Assembly (NCBI GenBank): GCA_964016885.1
Contig: OZ024743.1
Span: forward strand, 335,296,001-335,360,000
Direction: 5' to 3'
DNA length: 64,000 nucleotides
Origin: Eledone cirrhosa
Lineage: Eukaryota
Shown: positions 31,201 through 43,942 of the stretch, piece by piece
How positions within the stretch are numbered: position 1 is the stretch's first letter
How the letters are laid out: every line of letters starts with the position of its first letter
Made by a program: the position numbers and the translations under genes
The notes under the pieces: model-generated
The model's database searches: none
Told to the model about the DNA's origin: nothing
Seen by the model: the letters and a program-made list of their open reading frames with translations, nothing else

Positions 31201-31701
31201 CATAGGGATATATGTATATATTTAGACATAGTCACAGATACATATATGAGTGTGGCTACTTTTTACGTGTGGCTCAATGAAAGAATTAATTTAACAAATA
31301 ATTGTTAACCAGAGCTATATATAAAATTGTAAGTTTGAAGAATTATTAGATAAATATATACAGTCTTTCCTCTCCTTAGTCCATAGAAATCAACCATATA
31401 AATAATCAATTAAACGAGGCTATAAGTTTAAAATGTAACTATGAAGAAATAATAGACAAATGATACAGACTATTTTCCGCGAGGGACAGCCAGATACCAT
31501 TTATCTTATCATTCCTTTTAGCCTGTAGAAATTGACTAGACGAATAATCAGCTAAACGGATTTAGGTCCAAAATATAGAAAAAATAAAAATGGAAGAAAA
31601 AATGCATATTAACTTTACCAAAATTCCTCTAGTTCCGACTGCCGACACTTTCGTTCCTCTTTTGAGGAATAAATACGCAGGAATAAATACCCAGGATTTT
31701 C

Positions 31702-31758
31702 TCATTCTGATGATTGAAAGCAACATTTTTTTGCTTTTAAGAAACCTCTGGTAAATGA
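31702..31758 (+). ncRNA. Hammerhead ribozyme motif, family A
   Basis: tcatt CTGATGA ttgaaagcaa..ttgcttttaa GAAAC ctctg GTA aatga. Confidence 0.8.
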
Positions 31759-31816
31759 TATAATTGCCTTATGTTGTTCATTACATAACTATATATATAC
31801 ATATATATATAGACGT

Positions 31817-31873
<57 letters not shown>

Positions 31874-32004
31874 CATATATATATTCATATATATATACAT
31901 ATATATATATAATGTGTACATACATATATATATTCATATATATATACATATATATATATATGTATATATACATATATATATACATATATATATACATACA
32001 TATA

Positions 32005-32287
32005 TATAGAAAGGATAAAAAGGACGATTGATTATTCCTTCATTGCATTTATTGATAGGTGACGCGCATTTCGCCACTGATCAGCTCAAGGTTCGATCTA
32101 TATCGATCCAAGGTTCGATCTATATCGATCACCTATCAATAAATGCAATGAAGGAATAATCAATCTTCCTTTTTATCCTTTCTATATTTTACACTCTGTA
32201 TAGCTCTACACATCATCACAGAAATGAACCTAAAAATCGAGTGCTCACCCGGGTGAACCTGCAGTAACTCCTAGTTACACCCACTGG

Positions 32288-32290
<3 letters not shown>
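32005..32290. repeat. Fold-back PLE terminal fragment (arms ~32005-32061 / 32128-32187); tail related to 50630-50730
   Basis: Inverted arms; minus strand has GAAATGCGCGTC..aataaa, an HHR 3' half. Confidence 0.7.
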
Positions 32291-32318
<28 letters not shown>

Positions 32319-32415
32319 CATATCTAAATATATACATACACATATATATATATATATGTATATATATACATATATTTATATATACATACATATATATATA
32401 CATATATATATATTT

Positions 32416-32463
<48 letters not shown>

Positions 32464-33017
32464 GATGGCTGCCCCCTCGTTATCGAGTATGGCCATTACA
32501 CGATATACCATAATTAATTCCGTTGAAATCTGCGGTAGCTAATGGTCAAATTCCTTCGGACATGCGCCTGCGCAGACTGGTGGGGGTGAATTGGTACTCA
32601 CAGGGGAACGGATGAAGAACCCAAAAGCACACACTTCGTCCGTTCCCATGTCGATTCAACTTGGATTGCCTCGGAAACATAACCTTATTATGTAACAAGC
32701 TGTCTGATGATGTCACGGCACTCGCACACAAAACAGTGTGGCCAGTGTCGTCATTGAAATATATATCACAGCATTATTATTAAAGGACTTGAACATCTGA
32801 AACTACTTCGCTTTTACTTATTCTCTCTCTATATATATCATATTTAATATAGAAATGGCTTCTACAGGACTAGAACAGATTCATTAAAAAACAATCCAGA
32901 GAAAAGTATTAGGTTACCACGTGATTTTTATACTAAATATGATGTTTATCCTCTACTAATGTATTGAGTACCTTACTAACTGCGGTTACCCCCGATATAA
33001 CCCGGGACTAACACCCC

Positions 33018-33050
<33 letters not shown>

Positions 33051-33339
33051 AGTACAATAACAACAAACACATATAAACACACACTAATAAACAAAGATAG
33101 AATAAAAAACCAAAACACATACACCCAAACGCAAACACACACTCCAAACATTATATACACACACAAACGCATGCGCAGAGATGGAGACAACAATTTATAA
33201 ATAAATAAATAAAATAAAAATGGCGTAATCACAACAGAAGAGGAGGGAACATTATAATAGGACCACTGATGTTGTTGCAGATGTGCAACGAAAGAACTTT
33301 GTTAGACCATATATATATATATGTATAAATGAAGTAATT

Positions 33340-33625
33340 CCGTCGGAAAAGTCCAGGAAAAAAGAGTGCTCTATGTAGGTAACAGAGCTTAATAGTTATA
33401 TAATAAACAACATAAGGCAATTATACCATTTACCAGTGGTTTCTTAAAAGCAAAAAATTATGCTTTCAATCATCAGAATGAAAAAATCCTGGTCTATTTA
33501 TTGATATTGGATTTTAAAAACAAAAATGCAATCTATATGAAAGTGAGGCTGGAGAAGGAAGAATGAAAGGAAAAATAAAATAAAAAAATAAAAACACACA
33601 TGCAAACACACACAATTATATACAT

Positions 33626-33670
<45 letters not shown>

Positions 33671-34332
33671 TACACTCATACACACACATATACACATATA
33701 TATGTGTGTATATATATACACACACATACACATACATATACACATACATACATACACACATAAGTATCAATTATCCATACATATATACAACCACACACAC
33801 ATATATACATACATATATATAGAAATAGAAATATATATATGTATATACATATGCGTACACATACACATACATAGCCATACACACATACATATACATACAT
33901 ACATACATACATACATACATACATACACACAATCATACCTATATACACACACGTACATACATACACATACATAAATGTATACGTATGCATGCACAAAATT
34001 AGAAAAATATACACACACCTCTACATATTCACACACGCAAATAAATATAAGAAAAAATATATATAAAAATAATAAACGAAAATAACGACTGTTATAAGTT
34101 GACAGCGATACAGGCAACAAATAAATGAACAAACACACGTGGTAAGCAATACACACAAATGCACGTACACATACATACGTAAAAATAAATAAATACACAC
34201 ACTCTCACACATAAATATACATATACAAATACATAAACACATACATACGCATACACAAATACATACACAAACACACACACACACACACACATATACACAT
34301 ATACACATATACACACACATATACATACACAC

Positions 34333-34340
<8 letters not shown>
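33340..34340 (-). mobile_element. Microsatellite-bodied non-coding element ending in HHR family A (HHR at 33426-33482); inverted twin at ~36110-37055(+), partial copy 56930-57180(+)
   Basis: Unique islands and irregular TG/TA runs align between 33400-34340(-) and 36110-37055(+). Confidence 0.85.
33426..33482 (-). ncRNA. Hammerhead ribozyme motif, family A
   Basis: Minus strand: ttcatt CTGATGA ttgaaagca..tgcttttaa GAAACCACTGGTA aatgg. Confidence 0.82.
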
Positions 34341-34364
<24 letters not shown>

Positions 34365-34381
34365 ATATATACACATTCATC

Positions 34382-34412
<31 letters not shown>

Positions 34413-34584
34413 GCATACATACATAGCCATACAATTATACACATACAAATACGTACATATCACAAACACGCACAACCAAATACAAACACACACATATGCA
34501 TATATATATATATGTGTGTGTAAAACTCGATCTTAGATAATTCATATGAACGTTATTTAACTCGAAAATATACATATACATATA

Positions 34585-34705
34585 TAGTCAAGTAATAAAC
34601 AACATAAGGGAATTATTCCATTCACCAGTGGTTTCTTAAAAGCAAAAAAATTTGCTTTCAATCATCAGAATGAAATAATCCTGGTCTATCCATATATATA
34701 CATAT

Positions 34706-34760
<55 letters not shown>

Positions 34761-35572
34761 CACATACATACACATACATTTTGGCATGTGAAGGGTAAGG
34801 CAACAAAAAAAAAATTAGGGGGGAAAAGGAGGGGGGAAAAGACATAGGAAAAGGTTAAATATAAGGGGAGATAAGGGAGAAAGAGAATACAAGAGTACAG
34901 AACGTGGATTAAGCAGGTAAAAAAACCGTAGTAGAAGTAAAGAGCAGAGGAGTTCAAGGCAGTTGAGTTATCATAGGAATGTCAATCCAGTTACAGATCA
35001 GATGTGATTTCAGATGAGGACAACATCTAAAGATCTCGGTCTTTGAGTTCAGACAAGCAGAAGTGGGTCTCAAGTTTAAGAAAATCCTATATTTGTCTGT
35101 GGTACACAAAGAACAATTCTTTGTGTCTCTTTGGTACTCCCTCGAATGGTCTAAAATAGACCAATCGATATAGTACGGGATGTTATCCTTGAATTCCCAC
35201 ACCTTACTTGCGAGGGCCGTTGTTGTTCGTTTATCGGAGTGCTTAAAAGATGCGACATGTGAGTAAAATCTGGTTTTAAACCTGTCCTGGGTCATGCCGA
35301 CATATCGCTCACTCCTGGCTGGCTCGTTGTTGATTAACGGTGTTATTTTAGCCTCATAAACAACAGATTTGGTGTTACATTGGCCCTTTTTGGGGGGGGC
35401 CTTACCCTTCACATACCATAATGTATGTGAATGTATGTGTATGTGTATATATATATATATATGTGTGTGTGTATATGTATATATATGGATAGACCAGGAT
35501 TTTTTCATTCTGATGATTTAAGGCAAAATCTTTTGCTTTTAAGAAACCACTGGTGAATGTTGTTTATTACTT

Positions 35573-35580
<8 letters not shown>
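34585..35580 (-). mobile_element. 5'-truncated PLE: GIY-YIG endonuclease end (34954-~35390), 3'UTR and pLTR with HHR (34616-34674), plus inverted pLTR copy (35395-35580; HHR 35504-35559)
   Basis: CNTKSVVYEA..RYVGMT..FKTRFYSH..CSLC..LNSKTEI..CPH; terminal segments are reverse complements. Confidence 0.85.
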
Positions 35581-35666
<86 letters not shown>

Positions 35667-35757
35667 CGAAGGAAATGTGGTAAGGAACCAGGTGGACCAT
35701 AACGCACCAAAGTACTCAATACTTGAGGTAGTAGAGTGGGTAATAGGAACCAGTAAG

Positions 35758-35851
35758 ACCCCGACAGCTGAGCTCAAGCCGTTTCGACGGCTAATTCTGG
35801 ACTAAATGAACATTTATCCTGGTATTTAAATAGCCGATCTTCTCAAGGGGT
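35758..35851 (-). ncRNA. Hammerhead motif with U3-A8 core, family C (left arm)
   Basis: Reverse complement of 35939-36032. Confidence 0.72.
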
Positions 35852-35938
35852 AATTCCATATATGGTCAAAGTGATTGTCAAGGAACCAGGTGGACCATAA
35901 CGCACCAAAGTACAATCACTTTGACCATATATGGAATT

Positions 35939-36032
35939 ACCCCTTGAGAAGATCGGCTATTTAAATACCAGGATAAATGTTCATTTAGTCCAGAATTAGC
36001 CGTCGAAACGGCTTGAGCTCAGCTGTCGGGGT
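35939..36032 (+). ncRNA. Hammerhead motif with U3-A8 core, family C (right arm)
   Basis: acccc TTGAGAA gatcggcta..tagccgtc GAAAC ggcttgagctcagct GTC ggggt; stems I, II and III all pair; GUC triplet. Confidence 0.75.
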
Positions 36033-36042
36033 CTTACTGGTT

Positions 36043-36149
<107 letters not shown>

Positions 36150-36774
36150 ATGTATATGTGTGTGTATATGTGTATATGTGTGTGTGTGTTTGTGTATGTA
36201 TTTGTGTATGCGTATGTATGTGTTTATGTATTTGTATATGTATATTTATATGTGAGAGGGTGTGTATGTATTTATTTTTACGTATGTATGTGTACGTGCA
36301 TTTGTGTGTATTGCTTACCACGTGTGTTTGTTCATTTATTTGTTGCCTGTATCACTGTCAACTTATAACAGTCGTTATTTTCGTTTATTATTTTTTATAT
36401 ATTTTTTTTCTTATATTTATGTGCGTGTGTAAATATGTGGGAGGTGTGTGTATAATTTTCTAATTTTGTGCATGCATATGTATAGATTTATGTATGTGTA
36501 TGTATGTACGTGCGTATATAGGTATGATTGTGTGTATGTATGTATATGTATGTGTGTATGGCTATGTATGTGTATGTGTACGCATATATATATATATATA
36601 TTTCTATATATATGTGTGTATATATGTGTGTGTGGTTGTATATATGTATGCGTATGTATGGATATGTTGATACTTATGTGTGTATGTATGTATGTGTATA
36701 TGTATGTGTATGTGTGTGTATATATATACACACATATATATGGGTATATGTGTGTGTGTATGTATGAGTGTATG

Positions 36775-36809
<35 letters not shown>

Positions 36810-36964
36810 ATGTATATAATTGTTTGTGTGTGTGTGTGTGTTTGCATGTGTGTTTTTATTTTTTTATTTTATTTTTCCTTTCCTTCTTCCTTCTCCAGCC
36901 TCACTTTCATATAGATTGCATTTTTGTTTTTAAAATCCAATATCAATAAATAGACCAGTATTTT

Positions 36965-37023
36965 TTCATTCTGATGATTGAAAGCAACATTTTTTGCTTT
37001 TAAGAAACCACTGGTAAATGGAA
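36965..37023 (+). ncRNA. Hammerhead ribozyme motif, family A
   Basis: ttcatt CTGATGA ttgaaagcaa-catttt-ttgcttttaa GAAACCACTGGTA aatggaa. Confidence 0.85.
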
Positions 37024-37380
37024 TAATTACCTTATGTTGTTTATTACATAACTATATATATATATATTTATATAACTTATCCCTGTATTTTTGTAATTTT
37101 TTATTATTTTTTTATTATTTTCTTGTTGTCTCTGATTATGCTGAGTAATACCCTCACTCATCCATTGCTACCCTCTCCCAACCTCTTTATCATCTATTGC
37201 ACCATTTATGTGATACATTTTTGGTGTAATTTGTAAATTTTAAAGACATTTTATAACATTACGTGCATCATGTATTCTGTCTTTTTCCATATAGCGCTGG
37301 CCTCGGGACCCTCCTGCTGGTCTTTTAACCTTGTTCTGGTGACGCAGCTCGATGGAGCATGCAACTACTGATATACTCTT

Positions 37381-37442
37381 GTTTATAGGCTCTGATGATT
37401 CCTCTCATGGTGTATGGATGAAACACTGTTAGCTAATAAAAC
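37381..37442 (+). ncRNA. Minimal hammerhead motif
   Basis: gtttataggct CTGATGA ttcc..ggat GAAAC act GTT agctaataaaac. Confidence 0.65.
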
Positions 37443-37644
37443 AATATATTTCTAAGCACTCTTTGGTTATTCCTATAACTATATATTTATATCTGTATAT
37501 TTGACCGTTGGTCAGCCAGTGGTAAATATTGATGGCCAAGGAACTAACTATTAACTATGGAGATATAAAAGATGCAGAAGCGAAAACCAACCAAACAGTG
37601 AGTGTGTTCTGTTATTATTTCTGGCATATGACCCTCCCCAATAT

Positions 37645-37704
<60 letters not shown>

Positions 37705-37884
37705 ATGTATGACCCCGACGGCAGAGCTCAACCCGTTTCGACGGCTATTTCTGGACGATTAAGCCAACGAAACGGCTTGAGCTCTTCCGTCCGGTCATAC
37801 ATTTTCATATTACCCACTCTACTACCCTAAGTATTGAGCACTCTGGTGCGTTATGATCCATCTGGTTCCTTACCACAACTCCTT

Positions 37885-37942
<58 letters not shown>

Positions 37943-38056
37943 GTTAGAATATGTGTAATAAGGCCAAGACAATGCAGGTATGGACATAGAAAAAAGAATG
38001 CAATAGTGAGAGATATTGATGTGAATTCGTCTTTCACCTTGAATTTATTTAAATGT

Positions 38057-38091
38057 CCTTAATTTTCGAGATAATATCTCTTCTTCGGAGG
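38057..38091 (-). ncRNA. Minimal hammerhead motif in the inverted pLTR (CCGAAGA core)
   Basis: Reverse complement of 40836-40870. Confidence 0.6.
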
Positions 38092-38224
38092 GAAGTAAAG
38101 GTCTCAGACCAGTGTCTTTAAATTTCTAATGAAGCCATGCTGACCGGAAATAGTATAGAGTATCTGTTCTAACTTTAATATCAAAGAATTAAAATTAGGT
38201 GGGTAAAGAGTAGTCTCCCTTTAA

Positions 38225-40432
38225 GACCACCGCCGAGACTACGAGAAAATACGCCTAACACAAACATTTCTCAAACTCAGGACGGCCAACTGTCTTAACA
38301 ACATCCCAACGCTAAACACCAACAAAGGCGAACAATACGTTACCAACACCGAACCTAGCGGCACCCCGACCAACAACACACCTGACGCAAAACACCTCGT
38401 CACAGACTTGACAGGATCCCTCTCCCGAGAGGAATTAGACCTTTTCAGCCTGGGTCCCAAGTTCATATTGAAACAGAGACTGGACGACAGACTATGGCTC
38501 GACATAGAAACGAATTTCTGTCGGACTGCCTACCAACTGAAATGGATATCGACTCTCGACAACAACACCACGGAATCCACCACACCCAGATTCCCGATAT
38601 ACCAACTAGATCGCCCACTCTATCCACCGCCCGCCAACCGCGAGCTGGAAGAAAAACTCTCGAGACTAAAACATTCCGTATTTAACATCTTACGGAAACA
38701 GAAGAAGATGGCCCCTAACCTCTCCAGGACACAACAACTCGCCCTGAAGAACCTACGGAATAAGGAACTTATTTACTTACTATCCGACAAAGGTAAAGAG
38801 TTCTGCGTCATCTCTCAAGCCACATACAATAACCTAGCCTTCGAACACCTAAGCGACAGTGAACTGTACACAGTGATCTCGGACATGACCGCAGCCCAAA
38901 TCGAAAAACAGACCAGCTCCATTTGGTTCGATATCAGTAGGAGAAGACAACTCCCGAATAAAATTAAACTCAACTACACCACTAGAAATAGCAGACTGCC
39001 CACTTTCTACCACCTCATCAAGACCCACAAGAATAGCACTAAGACGCATATAAGACCCATCGTCTCTAGCATAGAAGGACCCCTATACAAAATTTCCTGG
39101 CTTCTCTCCCAGGTCCTCAAGCCTCTACTCTCCACCTTCCCCGGACATGTCAGTAGCTCCGACGAAGTTATACGTAGATTACACCAACTCCAGCCAGAAC
39201 AACTTAAACTTAATAAATACGCTTTTAGCCTCGACGTTGTCTCCCTCTACACTACAATCCCCGCTCACCCAGCTGTCGATTTATTGACGGACTGCGTGGT
39301 CGCAGAGAACATCCACTGCTACGGCCTCCACCCGACGGACATACACCAACTTTTGTTCTTCACAGTAGACAACACGTACTTCACCTTCCACCACCACACA
39401 TACAGACAGACAACAGGATTACCCATGGGATCCAGCCTCTCTGGCCTGCTGGCCATCACTTACATGAACCAGCTAGAATGCCGAGCCCTCAACACCTGCC
39501 ATTCCCATGCCTTCTTCACCCGATATGTAGATGACATACTCATCCTTACATCATCCCGTGAGGAGGCAGAGAAAATATACACAACATTCTCCAGCATGGA
39601 CGCCAGTATAAAGTTCAGCATAGAACACCCCGATGACCGCGGATCCCTATCCCTGCTGGACTTCCAACTCAGGGTAACAGAGGAAGGCAACATCCACACC
39701 TGCTTCTATAAAAAATCCGCCAGCAGGGACCTGTTCGTACATTTCAGATCGGCCCTCCCACTCGGTGCCAAGTTCGGATACATAAAGAACGAACTGGCAC
39801 GTATCAAGAACAAATGCACCGACGCCAGAGACCGAGACACACACACCACACATTTCCTGGAAGTACTCAAACTGAACGGATACACGACATCCACCACAAA
39901 CCGTGCCAGAAAGAACAGAGGACACCACACCCGAGGCACTAACACTTGCTTCCTGAAGCTCCCACACTTCAGTGAAGAAACAACAACAGCCATCCGCAGA
40001 GCCATCAGACGAGAAGGTCTGGATATTCAACTGGCCCATTCGGGTCCTTCTTTGCGCGGACGGCTAGCTAAGAGACACTCCACCAGACATGACAACTGCT
40101 GCAGACTAGCCAACTGCCCCATCAACGACACAGACCTATGCCACCAGGCTTACGTAGTTTACAGACTAGAGTGTGACAAATGCAACAACTTCTACGTAGC
40201 TAGCACCACCAGACCACTCCACATAAGAATAAAAGAACACCTCAATACTAACGCTTCCTCATTTAAGAAACACCTAGTTAAATGCAAAAACACTGATAAA
40301 AACATAACAGTTAGGATAGAAACTAAGGAAAGAAACCTCGGCAATCTTAGAATCAAGGAAGCACTCATTATAGATAGAACACATCCACCAATCAATAATA
40401 GACTAGAGCTCAACACCCAATTTATAACCTGA
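38225..40432 (+). CDS. PLE polyprotein: reverse transcriptase + C-terminal GIY-YIG endonuclease (5'-truncated at the inversion junction; listed ORF start 38408 is an internal TTG)
   Basis: SDKG, FYHLIKTHK, IRPIVS, SLDVVSLY, QTTGLPMGS, RYVDDI, LSLLD, VVYRLECDKC..FYVAST.R..RIKEH, KEALII..PPIN; no stop from 38225. Confidence 0.92.
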   Translation, partial: DHRRDYEKIRLTQTFLKLRTANCLNNIPTLNTNKGEQYVTNTEPSGTPTNNTPDAKHLVTDLTGSLSREELDLFSLGPKFILKQRLDDRLWLDIETNFCRTAYQLKWISTLDNNTTESTTPRFPIYQLDRPLYPPPANRELEEKLSRLKHSVFNILRKQKKMAPNLSRTQQLALKNLRNKELIYLLSDKGKEFCVISQATYNNLAFEHLSDSELYTVISDMTAAQIEKQTSSIWFDISRRRQLPNKIKLNYTTRNSRLPTFYHLIKTHKNSTKTHIRPIVSSIEGPLYKISWLLSQVLKPLLSTFPGHVSSSDEVIRRLHQLQPEQLKLNKYAFSLDVVSLYTTIPAHPAVDLLTDCVVAENIHCYGLHPTDIHQLLFFTVDNTYFTFHHHTYRQTTGLPMGSSLSGLLAITYMNQLECRALNTCHSHAFFTRYVDDILILTSSREEAEKIYTTFSSMDASIKFSIEHPDDRGSLSLLDFQLRVTEEGNIHTCFYKKSASRDLFVHFRSALPLGAKFGYIKNELARIKNKCTDARDRDTHTTHFLEVLKLNGYTTSTTNRARKNRGHHTRGTNTCFLKLPHFSEETTTAIRRAIRREGLDIQLAHSGPSLRGRLAKRHSTRHDNCCRLANCPINDTDLCHQAYVVYRLECDKCNNFYVASTTRPLHIRIKEHLNTNASSFKKHLVKCKNTDKNITVRIETKERNLGNLRIKEALIIDRTHPPINNRLELNTQFIT

Positions 40433-40835
40433 TAGGGCCTCTAGCCCCACTTTACACACCCCACACACACGCACGCGCACACCTCCACTTATTCTCTCTC
40501 ACACATACACACACAAAACCAGTTCTAACACCAGATAACACCTACCCCCCACTTTTACGATTAGACCTATCTTCCCACACTCACACACACCCACCCACAT
40601 ACCTACACCTTCATGCTTTCTCCCACACACATATACGGGCACGCATATAAAATTTAAAAAAAAACACAACAAAAACAAAAACAAAACATAAACAAACCCC
40701 TCTTAAAGGGAGACTACTCTTTACCCACCTAATTTTAATTCTTTGATATTAAAGTTAGAACAGATACTCTATACTATTTCTGGTCAGCATGGCTTCATTA
40801 GAAATTTAAAGACGCTGGTCTAAGACCTTTACTTC

Positions 40836-40870
40836 CCTCCGAAGAAGAGATATTATCTCGAAAATTAAGG
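40836..40870 (+). ncRNA. Minimal hammerhead motif in the 3' pLTR (CCGAAGA core)
   Basis: cct CCGAAGA a gagat-att-atctc GAA AATT A agg; position in the pLTR is as expected for PLEs. Confidence 0.62.
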
Positions 40871-41029
40871 ACATTTAAATAAATTCAAGGTGAAAGACGA
40901 ATTCACATCAATATCTCTCACTATTGCATTCTTTTTTCTATGTCCTTACCTGCATTGTCTTTGCCTTATTACACATATTCTAACGTTTATACCTCATTAC
41001 ACAATGCTTCAAGTGAACTATAACCTCCT

Positions 41030-41174
<145 letters not shown>

Positions 41175-41205
41175 ACACGGGTGTGTATGATTGTGTATAG
41201 AAGAT

Positions 41206-41596
41206 TATATTAATAAGAGGAATTCCAACTTTGTCTGATTTACTCGTGTTATTAAAAATCCTTTAAAATTTATAATGGTATTATAATGAAATAGTATGAT
41301 AGAATATTAATTGTTAAGTGTTAATTGAACAAGTACTTTCATGCTTTCGCAATCTTCAGGTTCATAATGTGTGGTGACAGTCAAGTTTGCAATTTTCAAC
41401 TGTTGAAAATTGCAAACTTGACTGTCACCACATATTATGCACCTGAAGATTGCGAAAGCATGAAAGTACTTGTTCAATTAACACTTAACATTTAATATTC
41501 TATCATACTATTTCATTATAATACCAATATAAAATTTAAAGGATTGTAAATAAAACGAGTAAATCAGACAAAGTTGGAATTCCTCTTATTAATATA
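41206..41596. repeat. ~390 bp palindrome centred on 41401, each arm carrying a hammerhead motif (41326-41364 minus; 41438-41476 plus)
   Basis: Single-base apex caac-t-gttg; tg(a/c)ac CTGAAGA ttgc-gaaa-gcat GAA AGTACT T gttca. Confidence 0.9.
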
Positions 41597-42090
41597 TATA
41601 TACATATATATATGAAATATAAGAATCAAAGAACTGTTCAAAACATGCACGCTGTGCATCTCCAATACTTATAACACTTTTAATGCTTGCACTATCTTTA
41701 ATGCTTATAATATTTCTCCACACACAGACTATATCAATCATATAAAGACTTTGCCACCAGATCTACCAACCTAACACTCTTATTTACCTACCTAAGTGCC
41801 TCTACCACACATATCTCTCTGCCACACTATATAAACAAGACGCACATGCGTGCCACACATATAACATTTGCACTATATAACCACTTATCTTCATGTTGTA
41901 CTTTAACCTATATCTTTGATTTTTGATTGAACCTATTAATATAAATGTAATCTCAAAGTGTGTACTGCCAATCTAAATTCTGTAATGAATGTTGACCCAC
42001 AATGTTTGAATATGTATCAATGTTTGAATATGTGTTGGTATGTCTCTCGGCTGAAAAGGAGGTCATATAACTGTCCATGCATTAATAAAT

Positions 42091-42137
42091 TGCTCCGAAG
42101 AATCCAAACCTCGGTTTGGAGGAAACAGCTGTAAGCA
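42091..42137 (+). ncRNA. Minimal hammerhead motif (CCGAAGA core) in a pLTR-like insertion 41612-42345 with short 5' inversion
   Basis: tgct CCGAAGA a tccaaacc-tc-ggtttgga g GAA ACAGCTGT A agca; 41612-41647 is inverted to ~42142-42179. Confidence 0.72.
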
Positions 42138-42552
42138 CAATAATGTTTTGAACAGTTCTTTGATTCTTATATTTCATATAACTGCTCTGTAAATCATCTG
42201 ATGTTTTTACATTGAGCTACTTAACTTACTGGTAATAAGGTAGTAATACATTACTGCCTACCACTATTTAGGGTGTGTGTAAAATACTTACAACTGCTTA
42301 AGGTTTTGTGTTTACATAACCATAAATAGTATAACTAATACTACATATATATATATATATATATTAAAAACAAAACAACGATATTTAACATTAAGAGTTT
42401 TATTAATAGTACACTGTTAACACCGTTTCACAGATGGGTGGCTCATAATCCATGAAAATACTATATACCCGGCATTAGCTCATCAAACTTGTTGATGATA
42501 TTAATATAGTTGATACTACCCCACAGGAGAGTACCAATGAATCGGTACTATT

Positions 42553-43860
42553 AGCTAGCATGGAAAGCATCCAGCAAATACCTAACTTCATCCACCAGAG
42601 CATTAAGATAATAGTAAACTACCCCACTAAATACCCTAACCATGTTAGACACAGAACAATGGATGGAAACTAGGGATGACAAAGCCCAAACTCTCCATTC
42701 ATAGTATACCAAACCCATGGCCTCTATGTACCTAATCCATTGGAACTCATCTATCAGAAATATTGTTAAGTTCAATATCTTGATAGCGGACGTGGTAAGT
42801 GTGATAACAAATGTGCGCTCCAGAGTTTAGTAGACACATACATCACTTTATCTATCGCTGGCATTTATTTGGTTATAACCAGAGACAGGATCAGGGTGTA
42901 CAAAGGAAACTTGGCTAAATTCAAAACTATTATGGAGAATGATATGAACGGGATTTGCCCACTATACAAGTGAAAATCATGGAAGAGTATAGAAAGGACT
43001 AGGAAAAAGCTAGGGAAGGTTAACTTGTGGCATGGCAGACTAAAATACCAGAGTGTCATATTTGTCGATGCTATCCCTACAGACGAACTAGCGTATCGTT
43101 TTAGAAGTGCTTTAGAATAAAATGAATCTTAGGATTAAAGCAGTAGAAAAACCAGGAGTTACCATAAAATCCTGGATCAGTAGGACATACCCGTTTAGGA
43201 AAAGTCCCTGAACTGCTATAAATTGTATAGTCCATAAGATAAGCCCACAGATGAACTGTAAAACTAGAAACTGTAAAACTAGGAGATGGGTTAAAAGAAT
43301 ACTGGCATGAACGTAATGAGGAGAATAGCTCATCAGTGCAATACCAACATGCAAAACTAGAACATGAGGGCTCAATAGATAACATTGAAATAAAGATCCT
43401 ATACAGACGGAATTGACGCAACACAAATTACTGGGGTCACTCCCACAATAGAAGATATGTATGACCCCTGAACATAAAACACGAGTGGAATAGTAACAGC
43501 CGGCAGCTTAATGACTGAAGACACAAACAGCAAAACAGTAAACGATGCAAACCCACATAGATATAAAATCACAAAAAGATATACGCGAACAGAGAAGTAG
43601 GCGCAAACGCATCCCCAGACACGAAACACAAAAAACGTACCAAAAAAAAACAAAAAAAAACACAAACAAAACAAACAAAGACAAGATGCGCTAGAAGTTT
43701 AAGACCAAGAAACAGATGATCCTTGAGGTGATCACAGAATGTGTGACGAACGAATTTTTATTTTATTATCAAATGAATAACGAACAATAAAGGGAAAATT
43801 ATATGGTGCGTGTGTTTCTTTCTATTGGCAATATTATCAATATGACCATCCTTAAATATA
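42553..43860 (+). mobile_element. Decayed PLE, same family as 7210-9040 (RT thumb, linker, GIY-YIG remnant, pLTR)
   Basis: atggaaagcatccagcaaata..catccaccagag and ccaaacccatg shared with 8450-8600; VIFVDA, AVEKPG, LNIKHEWN remnants. Confidence 0.72.
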
Positions 43861-43872
43861 ACTATATATAAC

Positions 43873-43942
<70 letters not shown>

